From the NCBI GenBank assembly GCA_965153455.1, contig OZ234493.1:18590213-18654212 (forward strand): 64,000 nucleotides of DNA. Direction: 5' to 3'. The notes under the pieces were generated by a model. It was not told where the DNA came from and did not search any database. It saw only the letters and a program-made list of their open reading frames with translations. The translations under genes and the position numbers were made by a program. The first letter of the stretch is position 1. Each line of letters begins with the position of its first letter. The DNA comes from Sphagnum compactum. Lineage: Eukaryota. Positions 23,761 through 37,700 of this stretch are shown here, in pieces.

Positions 23761-26740
23761 ATTACAAATTTACAAGGTGAATGACATGAATGTCATATAA
23801 CAATTAACCTTCCCATAATGCCTCATGCGCAACATTCCTACTGTAAAGGCATAAAAGGACACCATAGTTGAAAGCTTGCATTTATATTCATTGTTATCAA
23901 ACAAGTTACAAGGCAATCTTCCATTACATTTCATCTTAAACATGGAGTTGATGTCCAATTTATGGTTCCTTGACATTGTTGGGGCGATCAATTTGCCATT
24001 CGACCTTGCATGGTTCATTCTAAGGTGACAAACATCTTGACCCCTTGGACCACCTAGCTAGCCCATTGTTGGATCATTATTGTACTTGAACAAATTGTTT
24101 CACCATTCCATGGAAGAGCTTTGGAAGAAGTATGGACCAATTGTGTATTTATAACACTTGGGATACTTGGATCACGTTGTAATTTCAAATGTCGAAATGG
24201 CCTTAGAGGTGTTAAAAAACCATGATGAAAACTTTGTATATAAACCTCATTCAATTGTAAGCAAATATGTAGGTTTCAATTTGTTGAACATTGTATTTGC
24301 ACCGTATGGAGATCATTGATGCCTACTCCACAAGATATATGCTATTGAAGTTTTTACAAAAGTGATGTTCAAAAAAATTTGAGCTTGGGTGACAAGATGA
24401 AGTGGCATGTATGGTGGAAAACATCATCGAATACAAAAAAGGAAACTTGTGGAAATGAGGCCTATTTTCCATTGACTATTTAGCAATGACATTTGTTGAA
24501 TGTTGTTTGGAAAAGTTCACAAGAAATCAAATAGTTTTTGGGAAATCATTTTGATGATTTTTGCAATAGTTTTTGGGAAAATATTTTATTGAACAGTTTG
24601 AAGGAATACAAAAAGGGACACAAATTGATTTCTAACTCCACCATAAATTTTGTTCAAACTTTGTTGGGTCTTGATGAAAAACTTGATGAAAGAATGATAA
24701 TGGGAGTTTTATTGGTAGGTGAATACCTTTTGTATATTTTTGTTTTAGCAAAATGTTTGTAAATTACATTCCCTTATGTTCATCAATGTTGTATCATGTG
24801 TATTTTTCTCAATTCATGGAACGTTTGCTATTTTCATATCATAAGATATGTTTTTGAGAAGAACATGTACATTTGTAGTCATCTTGAAATGGGCATTTGT
24901 TGAACTCGTGCATAACCTTGAAACGATGAAAAGGGCACAAGAATTTGACGAAGTTGTGGGCTAGAATTGGATCTTCCCAATTTATCATACTTGTAAGCCA
25001 TTATCAAAGAAATTTTAATTTACGCCTTTCAAGTCCCTTAGCCATCCTTCATGTTAACAATCAAATTACTCAAATTTTGAACTACAAAATTCTTGTAAAC
25101 ACAAATCTTTTAATGAACATATAGGTTTTTGTCCATGATCCTTAAGTATGGAAGAAGCTTATAGAGTTTGATCCTAATTGGTTTTTTCATTCCAACATCA
25201 ATGTTGGAGGGTCGTTACAACCTATTGCCATTTGGATCAAGTCATCAATGATGCATTGGTTTAAATCTTGCCCAATTCATGGTGCAATGGAATCTTCTAA
25301 CAAATTTTCATGTGTTTGATTGGTATCCACAACCTTGCATTAAAATAGATGACATCAATATGATGGAGGCCTTTAGAACAACTTGTCAATTAGTTGGACT
25401 TTTAAATATAATTGCAAAGCCTCATTTGCCACCCCAAGTATATAAGAAACTAATTTAATTAGGTAATTGATGTGGGGAATATCAATAGCCAACAACATAG
25501 ATATATTTGAGATTGTCATCTATAGTCACCCATGTATGCATGTGTTTTATGGGGTTTATTGTTTTGGTTTCAATAGGCTTCTTCATTTAATATACAACTT
25601 ATTTTTACCAAACTTAAACCAAGCACCTAGTATTATATAAGTATAATATTAAGCTAGTTGAAAACATTACAAAAGAAAATTCAGTTATATGTTTTTATGA
25701 AACATATAGTCCTTTACAAGTGTTTCATTCAATGTGAAGTCAAGACTTTCATAAATCTATTAGGATGGCGGTGGGGGGGGGGCATTAGTTTTGTGATATA
25801 AATTATTCAATAATTATAGATATTCAATATCATGAATCTTCAATTTTCAACCATATGTTGAAATGAAATACAAAAAATAAAAAAATGTCATTTGCAAGTT
25901 TTATATTTATATTTGAATCAAATTTAGCACAAGCATATATAAAATGAATTCAATTTTTTGTTGATCATGTGGAATGGGATATGCACACATGTAATCTAAG
26001 ACAATGCACATGTTTGTTGTTATGGTCATGTGAAATACCATCCAAGCATCATTTCCATTAGAATGACAATAAACAATGAAATGGAATCATGGAATGCACC
26101 CATGTTTTGTTGTAGTGAAATTTAAGCCCATTTTGCAAGATAAAGAATTAGGACATCAAGTTTCAAAAGTTTGACATTAGCCCAAAATGACAATCATTCC
26201 ATCTATGGAACTATGTTTCATACATTGTTTCTTAAAATCATTACTTTTACAAATTTTCCAAATTTATGCTTGGTGCTTGTAGATTCTTGCTCCTACATAG
26301 ATTGGCTTGCTTTCATACTTACATTTAACACCAATTTTCAAGGGCTAACTAACACCAAATGGAGGTGCATAATTTCCCTTCTTGATTGTAGAATTGAAAT
26401 CATATTTAATCTTAGTATAAAATTATTATGTTGACTTACAATTATAATGATATTTTCAATTAATAAGGATATCTATAACAACACAAAAAATTAATTGACA
26501 ATAACAATTCAAAATAAGATTACATTATAAAGTCACAACTTTTCAAGTTGTCCAATTTGATTCCTTTGTCCATTTCAACTAGCACAAGATAAGGACATCT
26601 CTAGTCAAAATGGACAATGATCAAAGCTGCTACTGTCATTTTTTGGAGGGACATCAACTTTTAAAACATTTCACATTTGGGCATCCATGGTAAAAACTAT
26701 AATTAGGATAAGGGGGTTTTGGTTTGGAAGACATCTTGTT

Positions 26741-27291
26741 CAATGTTGTGTGGGTATCCAATTTCCAATGTTAAAATTGAGGATTCAAGGTTAGGTTTTG
26801 TGACCTAAACCTAAGCTCACATCTTTTTGTTGGAATCAACACAAGAATTGAACATTGAAACTATTCTTTTGTTAAATCCAGACCCAAAACTAGAACCGTG
26901 AAAAAACATTTTTGGAAACAAAGGCATGTTCTTTAAGCAGGAAGTTGATTTTTTTGTGAAAAGTTAACAAATAGGTTCAACTTCAAAGTTAAATATTAAT
27001 TTATATATGTTGTTAAATCCCATACCTATATGAACCTTAATTTTAATTTGGTCCAAAATTTTATATTTATAAAAAAATTAGAATTGGGGAAAATGCAATG
27101 TTTATATGGAATTGGACCTAGTTTTGAACCTGGCATGAAGGTTTTTGAATTTGAAAAAAATGCGTCAAAATTGGAATTTAAAATGGGAAGAACTAGGCCC
27201 AAACTTGCATTCAAATAATTTCTAATTTTTTTTAAAAGAATAAAAATTGGTACCAATGGTTTTGGTAAAAAAGAAAAAATGTACAACATTG
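26741..27291. mobile_element. Old MITE-like element
   Basis: Short TIRs caatgttgt / acaacattg. The candidate 8-bp TSD matches only 5 of 8 bases (atcttgtt / gtcatgtc). Confidence 0.35.
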
Positions 27292-27314
27292 GTCATGTCT
27301 AAGTTTCATAATGG

Positions 27315-28520
27315 TTGTCATGACCCTAACCTTGGGCTTGTGACTAAAGTTAAAAATGAGGAAAGAAGTGGGTAGAGAAAATTTATTAGGACTTGAACAT
27401 ATTCACACAAATGTGGGAGAATGCATGGAAGTGAATCCCAACATTCCCAAATAGATTCCCACTTCACAAGTTGGAGGCTTACATGTATCACAAATTTGTG
27501 GGACAAAAGTGTAAATAACAAACCTTGTCCAAATCGAACCCTTTCAAAAATATTCAAAAGTTTTTGAAACATAAATATCAAATATGGGCTTGCATTTAAA
27601 GGCACCTTGGTTCAAGATGCTTGATTGGTTGGACCCAACTCCCAAGTGATGGAAGATGTGTAAAATGGAAACAAGTCACATTTCTAGTTGCAAGAAGGAT
27701 TGTTTTGTTACAAACAAAATCGGTTGTATGTTTTGAAGGGAAGGTTATAATACAAATATTTGAAGGTATGTCACAATGGATTGCTTGCAAAACATGGTGA
27801 TAAAAATTGTAATACATCACTCTTGCAAACGAATTATTATGCTTAAACTTGAAGGACAAAATTGTAGAATATGTCAAAATGTGTTTGACATGCCAGTTCA
27901 AAGTTCAAAATTGAACAAATTTCAGAAAGCAAGTAGGAAAATTGCGGTTTCTTTTGATTCCAAATAGGCATTGGGAAGTGTGTCCCATGGACTTCACGGT
28001 GAGTCTTCCACCATCAAAGGGATTTGATTTGATAATGGAAGGAACGGTTAGGTTCAATAAAATGGTTCATTTCATTCCAATTGTGAAGATCACTTCAACC
28101 TAAAAAACAAGACTTTTTTTGCATGTGTTCAACATCACAACATTCCAAAAGACATTGTGCTTAGTCAAGAGCCAAAATTCACAAGTAAATTTCACTATGT
28201 TTTACAGAAAAAGATGAGGTTGAAACTCAAGATGAAAAAAAAAATCCAACCCAAATTAATGGGCAAACTATGAAGGTGAATTTAGTTTTATAGTAGTTTT
28301 TAAGGAACTAGGTTGCAATGGACCAATAAGATTGGGTGGATCATCTTGATTTGATCAAATTTTGTTACAATTATTTAGGGCATTTGATAATTGGGACAAC
28401 ACTCCAAATGTTGATTAGCAAACCACCAAATGTTCATGTGATTTGGGTTGCCATTGGTGGTGATGTAGGTTAGGAAGTTATGGTGGCAATGCAACTTGAC
28501 AAGGAAAGGAAGCATTTGAA
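27315..28520 (+). mobile_element. Ty3/Gypsy remnant: LTR fragment plus degenerate integrase
   Basis: A TGTCATGACCCTAACCTTGGGCT LTR-type start is followed by frameshifted integrase: ...EYVKMCLTCQ (zinc finger), ...PMDFTVSLPPSKGFD...RFNKMVHFIP (rve core) and ...DWVDHL..IKFCYN. Confidence 0.75.
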
Positions 28521-31500
28521 GGAATGGCCAAATGACAAGACAATGAGAATGGACAATTACTTGAGACCTACCTATGAAGCTATGTCCTATGACCTACTTG
28601 CTAATGAAGTTTTTTGGTCATGATGTTTTGTAATGAACACCAACATACCATCAACCTACCTACCTACATTTGACCTACTTACATATCAATCACATACGGC
28701 ATTATGGTTGCTATAAATGATGACATGTGGTGTGTAAATCAACATCAAATTGATGGTTGCTTTGACTAGTAGTCAAATGGACCATTGTTTGATCTAACTA
28801 ATCAAATTGTCCACCACCTAGATAGTAAAAAAGGTCACATGTCAAAATTGACTTGTTTAAATTAACTAAATGGTTAATTTGACTAATGTCCAAAATTGGT
28901 ACTTGTTGATTGAATCATATAATTAAAAACATAATCTCTTATAACAATTATAATAAAAACCAAAGATAATAATGAATGTAGTCATAATCTTGCAATTTTG
29001 ACTTAAAAATATTAAATCATCACCGTCATAGATGTATAAGTTTAATATGTCCAAGTTCCCGTAAGTGTTCAAAAGAACAAGATCTCCTGAGAAAAACTAT
29101 ACACATTAGTAGCTTTGTAATTAACATTTCAAAAAAAAATATTAAAATGAATACATTGCAAGTGATTAGTTTATTACTAGTAGGCATGTGGATTTTACTT
29201 ATAAAACCAATCAAGCTACAATCAAGGGAAGCTTTTGAGTCCTGAAGAAAAGACATTTGAATCCTTGGGCATCCATTGTTATGTGTAGGCCCATTATTTA
29301 TATTACATTGTAACATCATCATGTGATGAAATAATATCATGCTTTCAATCCTTATAAGCGCTTCAATGTATTGTGCCTATTCAATATGTGTATAATTTCT
29401 TGAATATATTTTCACAAACATGAAAGAATCGAAAGACTTATAATCCATTGAAATGTTTAGAAATTTGCACAATGAGAGGACTTGGAAAAGCATTTTCTTG
29501 CTTGGAGACGATTCCCTTGCATTTGGGCTTGAGTGCCACTATTGTACATGCAGTCGATTAACCAAGAATATATGTCCTCACTGAAACAACCATATTTATG
29601 AGTATACACGACAAATGAAGTGGGAAATGCTCAACCACATGAAGTTCAACGCTAGCTAGATTGTACGTCTATTTTTGGAAAGAAGGAAACTTATGTAAAT
29701 GATGGCACTTGTAGAACAACATACTACAATTCACAACAAAAGGAAATCAATATCTCGATATATGAACTCAAATGAAACAAGCCCTTGCAATTGGCAAATT
29801 GGCAAGCTCATAGTCTCCATGATGTGGCCTGACATGTCATTCAATTCGCAACTTATGGGCACTACTCTTGTTTTTCTAGAAAAGAGTTGAACTGAAATTG
29901 TTTTGTTGTTGAATATGCAATTGTCTATTTGTAAAACTAGAGGTGGAGGTTCTCTTGAACATGCAAGAAGCTAATTGCTAGCATCTCTATTTATTTCACA
30001 CTCCTAATTTAAAGAACAATTGACAAATTTTGATCAATAGTTACATTTGCAGAACAACATAAACAAAAGGTAAATCTCTCTATTCTCAAAATACCCCGAC
30101 CAAAACTCCAACATTTCTCTTATTCAATTAACATCATCCTAACACAATATAACATGCATATTGTTTTATCATTCAGATAGTCAATTGGCATGGGTAGTGC
30201 AAAGCGATGTAAAGCCCAAGTTGATCAAAGGATTGACTATTGAAATGGTGGAATTCCTACAAAAAGGTGAGTAATACTGTCTTTGACATGTAGCATTTTA
30301 TTGCAGTCCTTGCAATAATCAAATCTAGAGGTTAGGATAATACTTGAGTTGCATACTACATATGCAATGGTGAGAGCTTTTCTAATTTGTGTGTAGCAAA
30401 CAGTCAAGTCCACATTATCTTTTGGGATTTGGCATTGAAATTTGCCATATTGAGAGCTAAGAGTGATGATCATTTGTATGAGAAAGAAACTTGTATGAGT
30501 TTCTTTGTATGAGATTGAACTAATCTTCCAAATTTTGGAGCTAATGCTATCAGAGCACTTGGAGCTTAATTTTATTGGAAAGTCTCAGCAACCATCCCAC
30601 CCTCCTCATGTGTACAGTTCTACAACTGCTGTTGCACTTAGACTCTTCCTTATTGGGAAGAGGAGAAGAGTCTGTTCAAACAATGCCATGATCATAAGCT
30701 TAGAAATTAGAGCTGGAGATCCTGCATTCAGGATTGTCTGTGACACCTTGTTGAGTGCATCCTTTCAGAGTGTGAGAGAGAAGTTTGAAGAGCTCTATAC
30801 TACCACACAGGTGCAATGAGTGATGGCTTAGGAGCCCTGTGGAGGACATATATGTGCAATGCCAGTCCCAAGCATTTCTGTCCACTTTTCGGAAATCCCT
30901 CCCACATGCTTTGAGTCTTGTTGCAGAGGGAGCTCATGAAGATGGAGAGAGAGGCTGCTGCAAAGGGACCCAATCGATGACACCACTTGCTAAAGGGTGC
31001 AATGCACTTTGTGGAGAAGAATATAGTCATGACTGAGACAGAAAAGATTGACCAAAGAGCTTCACATTACCAGGTTGTATTTGCTGCCAGACATCTGGAG
31101 ATGATGATGGCAAGAGCTCATGCAGTTACACCACTTTGTTGTCACTTTTTGTCATAAGTCTTGCTGAACATTTTGCATGCATCTGGTTTTGTAGAGTGAT
31201 GACAAAGTTGCCAGTGTCTGGCTTCCCTCAGTTCCATCATCTCCACCTCCAGCATACTACTGGGACATGGAAGCTTGAATATATTCCCTCAGCAATGCTA
31301 GTGGTTGGCCATCTTGTTGGTCAGGCTGCTGCTGATGTAAAACTCCTTGCTGTTGCTTCTGCTGTTGATATGAAAAGAATAGTGTTCCACAGGGCTCCTA
31401 AACCGTCACTGAAAAGACATTATCAAAGTAATCCCACAGTGATCTTTTACCTGCATCTTTGGATGTAGTGTTGCACAAGATCTCAGGCAGTCTTTCCATC

Positions 31501-32309
31501 CATCCTGTGCTTGCAAGGTGCCCAACATTGTTGGACTGACTGTCTAGATTAGTGCACAAGCTGAGACATTGAAGGACTTTTGAGTTCTCATTGCTGCAGG
31601 TATTCTTGAAAGAGGCATCAATATACATAGATACCATGGTTGGGCCAAAGATGCTTTCTAACATATGAAAGCAATGTATTAATTTGCATTCCGATTCCTG
31701 ATCAATTGTTACATTGTCGGTGACAACTGGATTGAACTTTCAGCTGGAAGGTAAAGGACAGCAGGACCCAGAGATCTTACTGCCAGCTGGATGTGGATGT
31801 CCTGTTTCCAAGTTCCAGATATACAATGCTATTCTTGTGTAGACCTTCAATGTTGCAGAGTCTGCAATCACACACATTTTTCTGCACTTGAGAAGAGATA
31901 TTTCTGACAGAAAGATCTCAACACTGTTTTGAATGTCTTACATTATCACATTCTAATTACAATCAACATACAAATGCAGTTTCAGATTGAACTTTCCAAG
32001 ACACGGACCAAAAGCATTCTAGACTCTCGACCCACAAGCAGCAAATGGGTGATGCTGCAGGTCAAGAGCTTCTTTCATCACTTTATTCAACCAATGTGAT
32101 AGGCTTTGATGCCCATTGTGACAGCAAATACTTTGAATCATCAAGTGTCTACCAGGTTAAATGGAAATTATTTGTCCCTCCCTCTCTATACATGGCCCTC
32201 CTCCACCTTACTAATCCTACAACCTACAAAATCGACTACAAAAAAGGGTTCAATTTACAGAACCAGAAACAAAAGTCAAGGAGGAGTCTTGGTCTTCTGT
32301 GACTGACAT

Positions 32310-34730
32310 TTATGTTGGAGTGAGCTGTGGTTCATAAAACCCTGCCACCATAGCAACCACAATCCAAAGCATGAGGAGACCAACAATCATCACCCTGAGT
32401 GTAAAAGAGTAGGATCGGTATATGGATAAGCGCTCGCCATAAGCACTTTCTTCAATGGCCATGTCATCATCCTCAAGTTGTTCAGATTCAGACTGAGCCC
32501 TGTGAACATCCAGTGACATGTCTTGTTTACTTTGGGATCTCAGCTCTGCACACAAAGAACATTTACACTTGCCTCCCAAGTAGAAGGGGACTCTTTCTTC
32601 ACCTCCGAGACTTAAGGACAGCCTTTCCCTGTATCTTTTGCCTTCCACATGCACCTTCTCACGTGTTGATGGCTTCAATACCTACAGCACCCAACCAGAC
32701 AACGATCACTGACTCTCAATTCCAAATTTCCTTGATGTTGGTCTGAAAGCAGCCAGCTACTTTTGCATATCTTGACTTCTGACAGATGATGATGCCCCTT
32801 CCAGTTGTTTCACCCTAACTTTCTTAATGCATTCTACTTATGTTTGAAAGAGCTGAATCTGCTGAATTAGCTCAGAAGTGAAGCAATGGTACTGTGTACA
32901 CATATCTGTCACAGTGCAGAGAAAACTCCACAGCAGAAATTTGGAAGGTAACACAATAATAATGCATTCCAGACTAGACATGAGTATGTTGCTAACAAGC
33001 ACATTTAACAATATTATGACCAAATGTTTCTCTTCTACAGAGATGAGCCAGGAAAAATGCGCTAGAACATAACCTGCATAATGGTGTTGGCAACCATGTG
33101 CATGACAGGTGAGAGGTTGATGACAAAGAGGGAGGCAAGCCGAGTAGGGTAGTTTTCCTGAACAAGCACTATACATGTCTTCATCATTTGCACAGGAAAT
33201 CCAAATGCTGTTGTGCCCTCACAATCTATCACCACAGTGAGGCGTGCATCCTCCTCACTCAGCATGTGCAACACACCATGCTCCACCTGTGAAACTGCAC
33301 CCATGGGTGAAAATGAGAAGAACACATTATCATTAAACCTTGAAGAAATGTTGCAATGTATCAATCCCAAAATTGTGTTTCTTTCATATCTTGAGGTCAG
33401 TGGAAAAACAAGTGATGGGAGGCACTGAATTTCTTTTCCCCTAATTGCCACTGCTGTTCAATGAGAAGATGCATGTTGCAGGTTTTGGCCAATATCAACC
33501 TTAACACTTCAGAATTGGCCATTTGCAGAAAGGTGATAAAATCATATTTTGTGCATTTGCAAATACTGAAATTGATCCTTCACCTTCCAACCACTCACGA
33601 GGCAAAAATAAGAATGCATACCAACTGCTTGTGAGAATCGAGAACGGTCAGAAGCCACAAGGATGGAGTAGGCAAGTCCAAGGCGAATGATGAGTGTGGG
33701 ATGTCTCTGTGCATCATAGCCATGCCAAAACACCAGGTGGATCCATTCTTTGAGATCAGGTTGCAGAAGGAAGTGGTAGCTCTCACGCCAGCGGACTGTT
33801 TTCTTCACACTTGAGATAAATTTCGACACATTCCCATTTGCAGCAATCCAAAATCGCTCAAGCTCATCATCATGAATCCTGGCAATCAAGATTGCATGCT
33901 CTTAGTAAATTCAGTGTCCGACACAATCATTGAAATTTTTCTTAGCATCTTCAGATCTCACTTCCAAAACCTGCAAATAGAAAGGACTGCAAATCTTACC
34001 TCTCTGGTATCAGAACACCCTTGCTTTCCAACTCCCTTTTCAAAAGATGCAGAGAGTCTGCTTGCTCATCAGCTACAATTATCTCTTCCTCCTTTGGTTC
34101 AATCTCTACGGTGTCTCTACTGTAATGATGGCGCTGCCGCAATGAAGAGAGATTCTGTCCTGAGGTGTCAGGTTGTTGGATCTCTTTGTAAACACTTGTC
34201 ACAGCTGTTGCCAGCGACAAAACAACCATGGGCATCGAAAAACTCTGCCATGGCACAGCACAAGCTTTCATCAGAAAGAACAACAAATTGCTTTCTGCAA
34301 GTCTTAATATGGAAAAAGCTTGAAGGTTTGAAGAGGTGAGAAACAACACCTGTGTGGCCTGGGCAAGAATGTGGATTTGTGTCCATCGCTGCAGCCAATT
34401 GAAAGGTGGAGCTTGAATCAGGGACAAAGCTTGCAAGCCCCACCAGATGGGGCGGCATATGGCCATGGAGCCTCGTCGCACCATCTCCAATGCAGCTAAT
34501 TTCACCAAAAACATCAGGAACTGGCTTGACACATCCTTACCACCACCACCACCACCACCTCCATTTGCTGCTTTCACTGCCAGAATCGGCGCAACTGATT
34601 CCTGCATAACTCTTCTAGGCAATGAAACCCTCTGTGTTCCTTGGTTGCTTTTTGTCTCCGGAGAAGAGGAGTACTCCTCATCTTTCCCTTTCTGCGACCT
34701 TATTTTCACCCGCTTCACTTCTGTACTCAT
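32310..34730 (-). CDS. CRAL-TRIO/Sec14p-like lipid-transfer family protein with C-terminal TM anchor (5 exons, about 491 aa)
   Basis: Exons (minus): 34730-34350, 34244-34000, 33878-33622, 33294-33074, 32681-32310 (1476 nt), all GT-AG with consistent phases. Motifs: FLVKLAALEMVRR N-terminal block, IHDDELERF..A, WRESY, WHGYD..HPTLIIRLG, VVIDCEG, VQENYPTRL..LFVIN, LKPSTREKV, VPFYLGGKCKC and a hydrophobic tail (VMIVGLLMLWIVVAMVAGF). Confidence 0.9.
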
Positions 34731-37700
34731 TATTTTCCAAGTCCTCGAATTCTTACAATCTTTAAATCCACTTTCTCTCAAGATTATTCTCTGTTGCGAA
34801 AACTTCCCGGCATATCAGCCAGAAAATCCTTTTGTCTGAATCCCAATCGTCAAGTCATATAGCCGACTTCCTTTCCTCTTACTGCCAATTCTTCCCTCTC
34901 ACGATCTTTCAACATCTAGGGTTTGTCTCCTCCGCAAATGAAACGCGAACAGAGTCTCAGCAGATCTCGAAACTCAAAATTGGATCAAAAAATTCTCTCT
35001 CACTGAAATTCAAAAGCCAACGACAACAACAACAACAACTATAGAGAGATAATAACAATTCTCGAAAAAAAGAAATTTGTTCGGTTCTGTTGGTGAGAAA
35101 CAGAACCAAACCCGTCCCATGTGAATCTGCTACGCATTTCGCATACTCACCGCCGGCCAACGAGCACAACAAAAGAACAGAAAGGAAGAAGAAGCGAGGG
35201 AGCGTCCGTGGCTAAGACTAAAAAACCCAATCTGCTAAAATCTGCTGATTCATTCTTCTACAAGAGTAGTTGGCCATCGCCAAAACACTTGTCTGATATT
35301 CCTGTGCAACAAACCCTAGTCCGAGGAATCTGTTGCAGCCACCCAAACCCTAGCAAAAAGGAAGGCCCGTCTTCGGAGCCCACGATCGCTGGCGACGAAT
35401 TATTACGTAATTTTGCTATTTTTTTGTTTAATTTTCTTCAATTTTCTGACACTTGGGTTTGCACATTTTGAGCCTTCAATCCATGTTTATTTATTTATTT
35501 ATCTATTTATTTAATTTAATATTTAATTTGGGTTCCAAGTTGCTTAGTAGTAAGATGATTAAATTATTATGTTTGAACATAATAACTTTGTTGTAATCAA
35601 TATTAAATTTTTTAAAATAAAAATTTGAAATTTTCACTATATATATCATTCTGTTCCATTTATATTTTTTTACATTCTTGATTTGCCAGGCCAAATGCTA
35701 ACAAAAGTTCGATTCATTAAAGAAGTTCACAACAATATACAAACACACAGAAATAAATAAAATTGAAAAGCTGTAAGACAAACAATAACACTGAAAAGGT
35801 GCAAAAACAGACAAGAAGATACAAACAAACCCAAAAAAAAATGAACAATTATGAAATGTAATTTGATCTATGATGAATTATAATCTTGAATGACTATGGA
35901 ATTGTCATAACGATGATCACCAAAATATCCATCCTACATAAACTAGTTTTGATGAAACATTGTCATTGGAATGTGTGTGGGGAGGAGGGTGGGGGAGGAC
36001 AAATTTTGTCATTTTTGGAACAAAATTTGAGAATTTTTTTGATTTTCTAGTGTGAATTTGACTATGTTTTTCTATGTTTTTGGGAAATTTTCTCCAAGTT
36101 CTCAAGTCCCACCTCTCCCCCCTTTTTTTTTCCATTGCAACAAATTAAATACAATATGATTTGCAATGTTCTTTGACCATTAGTTTGCACATTTTGGGAG
36201 AGTTAAATGAGCTAGGTATGATTTACAACGCTTTTTGACCCTTGATTTGCAAAATTTGAACCCTTGACCCAAAGGCTTTTAATCATGGTTAATCACAAGC
36301 CCCTTAACCATACTTGCTCCTTCCTTGGCATCCCCAACATAACAAGTGCCTTGCGAAGAGTTCCCTTCGACTCCCCACATTTTTCCTTTTTCATAAAGAC
36401 CTTACAACTTTTTAAAACTTAAATAGAGGTGATATGGGATGAAAGGAGGTTCAATAAAAATAAATTACTTGGATGGAAACCTAATGAAAATGATCAAGCC
36501 AATGAAAGGTGAAACAGACAAAAGAATGATTGATTGATTTTGATCCTTTTCTTCCTTTAGTAGTTGTGAATGTGTGTTTTGTCCATAATAGGTTTATGGT
36601 GTTGAAAAAATGAATGGTTGTTGATTTGGTATGTTTTAATTCATGACAACAGTGAAGACAATTGTTTGTTTGTTTGCCTTTGATGTTCTTTGGCGATGGT
36701 GAAGTTCAATAGGAGGCGTTGTTGAAAGAATTCAATGAAGAAGTGGGAGATGAAGGGGCTCCTTGCTAATCAAATAAGCATTTGGGTTTTATGTAATAGT
36801 TGTAGGACACGAGTAGTAGAATGGTTGTTTTTATTGGTTTTGAAAAATTTGTGAAGAATGTTCCAATGTTTGGTTCTATTGGATTCTTAAACTTCTTCGT
36901 TGCACACAAGAGTCCATAGGAATAAGTTGTGTAGGCTACATCATGAATGAAATTGGTGATATTTGGTGGCCATGGAAATGATGAAAAACCATAGAGGACA
37001 AAAAGGCTGGTCTATGGAAGGCATCAAAACAGTTAGGTTACAAAAGTGTTAGATTTGTGGGGAATTCATATGTAGGAAAATACTTAAATTGTTAGGAACT
37101 TCAAAGAAATTGGGTTGTGCATTGCATGAGAAGAAAAATGGAAGAATGGAATCGTGTCAAGTGTCAATATTAGATGATGACCTTCTCAAATTTATGTGAA
37201 TATAGTTTGGGTTAGCTCATGATTTCTTTGAACACTGAGGGAGTTAGTAATGTCAAAAGAAGACTATGATAACCTATTGAAAGATGTCCGGAGAGATCTA
37301 ATCCACCAAATCACCTTCTTATCATGTTGTTGTGGTTTTGTATGTCAATTGATTAAAATAGTTGTTTATTAGAATTGGTTATCATTATAGAAATGTCTAT
37401 AGGTTGTGGAACTATTTGTTGTTTGTTTGTTTCATAGCTTTCTTCTAGAAGTTAATTGTCTTCAATATGATCATAATTTGTTTGAAGTGACAATATGGTA
37501 AAGTGTTGTGAAATGGGCATAATCCCCCTTTTTTGTTGCAACAAACTTCATGAAGCCTAATTTCTTTCCCAAAATTTTATGGGAGGACAATTCGAGGTGC
37601 CCCTTTGGCTACCACCTTAGGAGAGCCCTTTTATTTTAGTAATGCCCTCATCCTATGGCTTTATCCTACATTTTTTCACATGCCCACCCCTATCCTTTTT

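Noticed and set aside
33872..34839. Plus-strand ORFs of 130-155 aa overlapping the Sec14 gene
   Set aside because: Antisense shadows of the real minus-strand exons.
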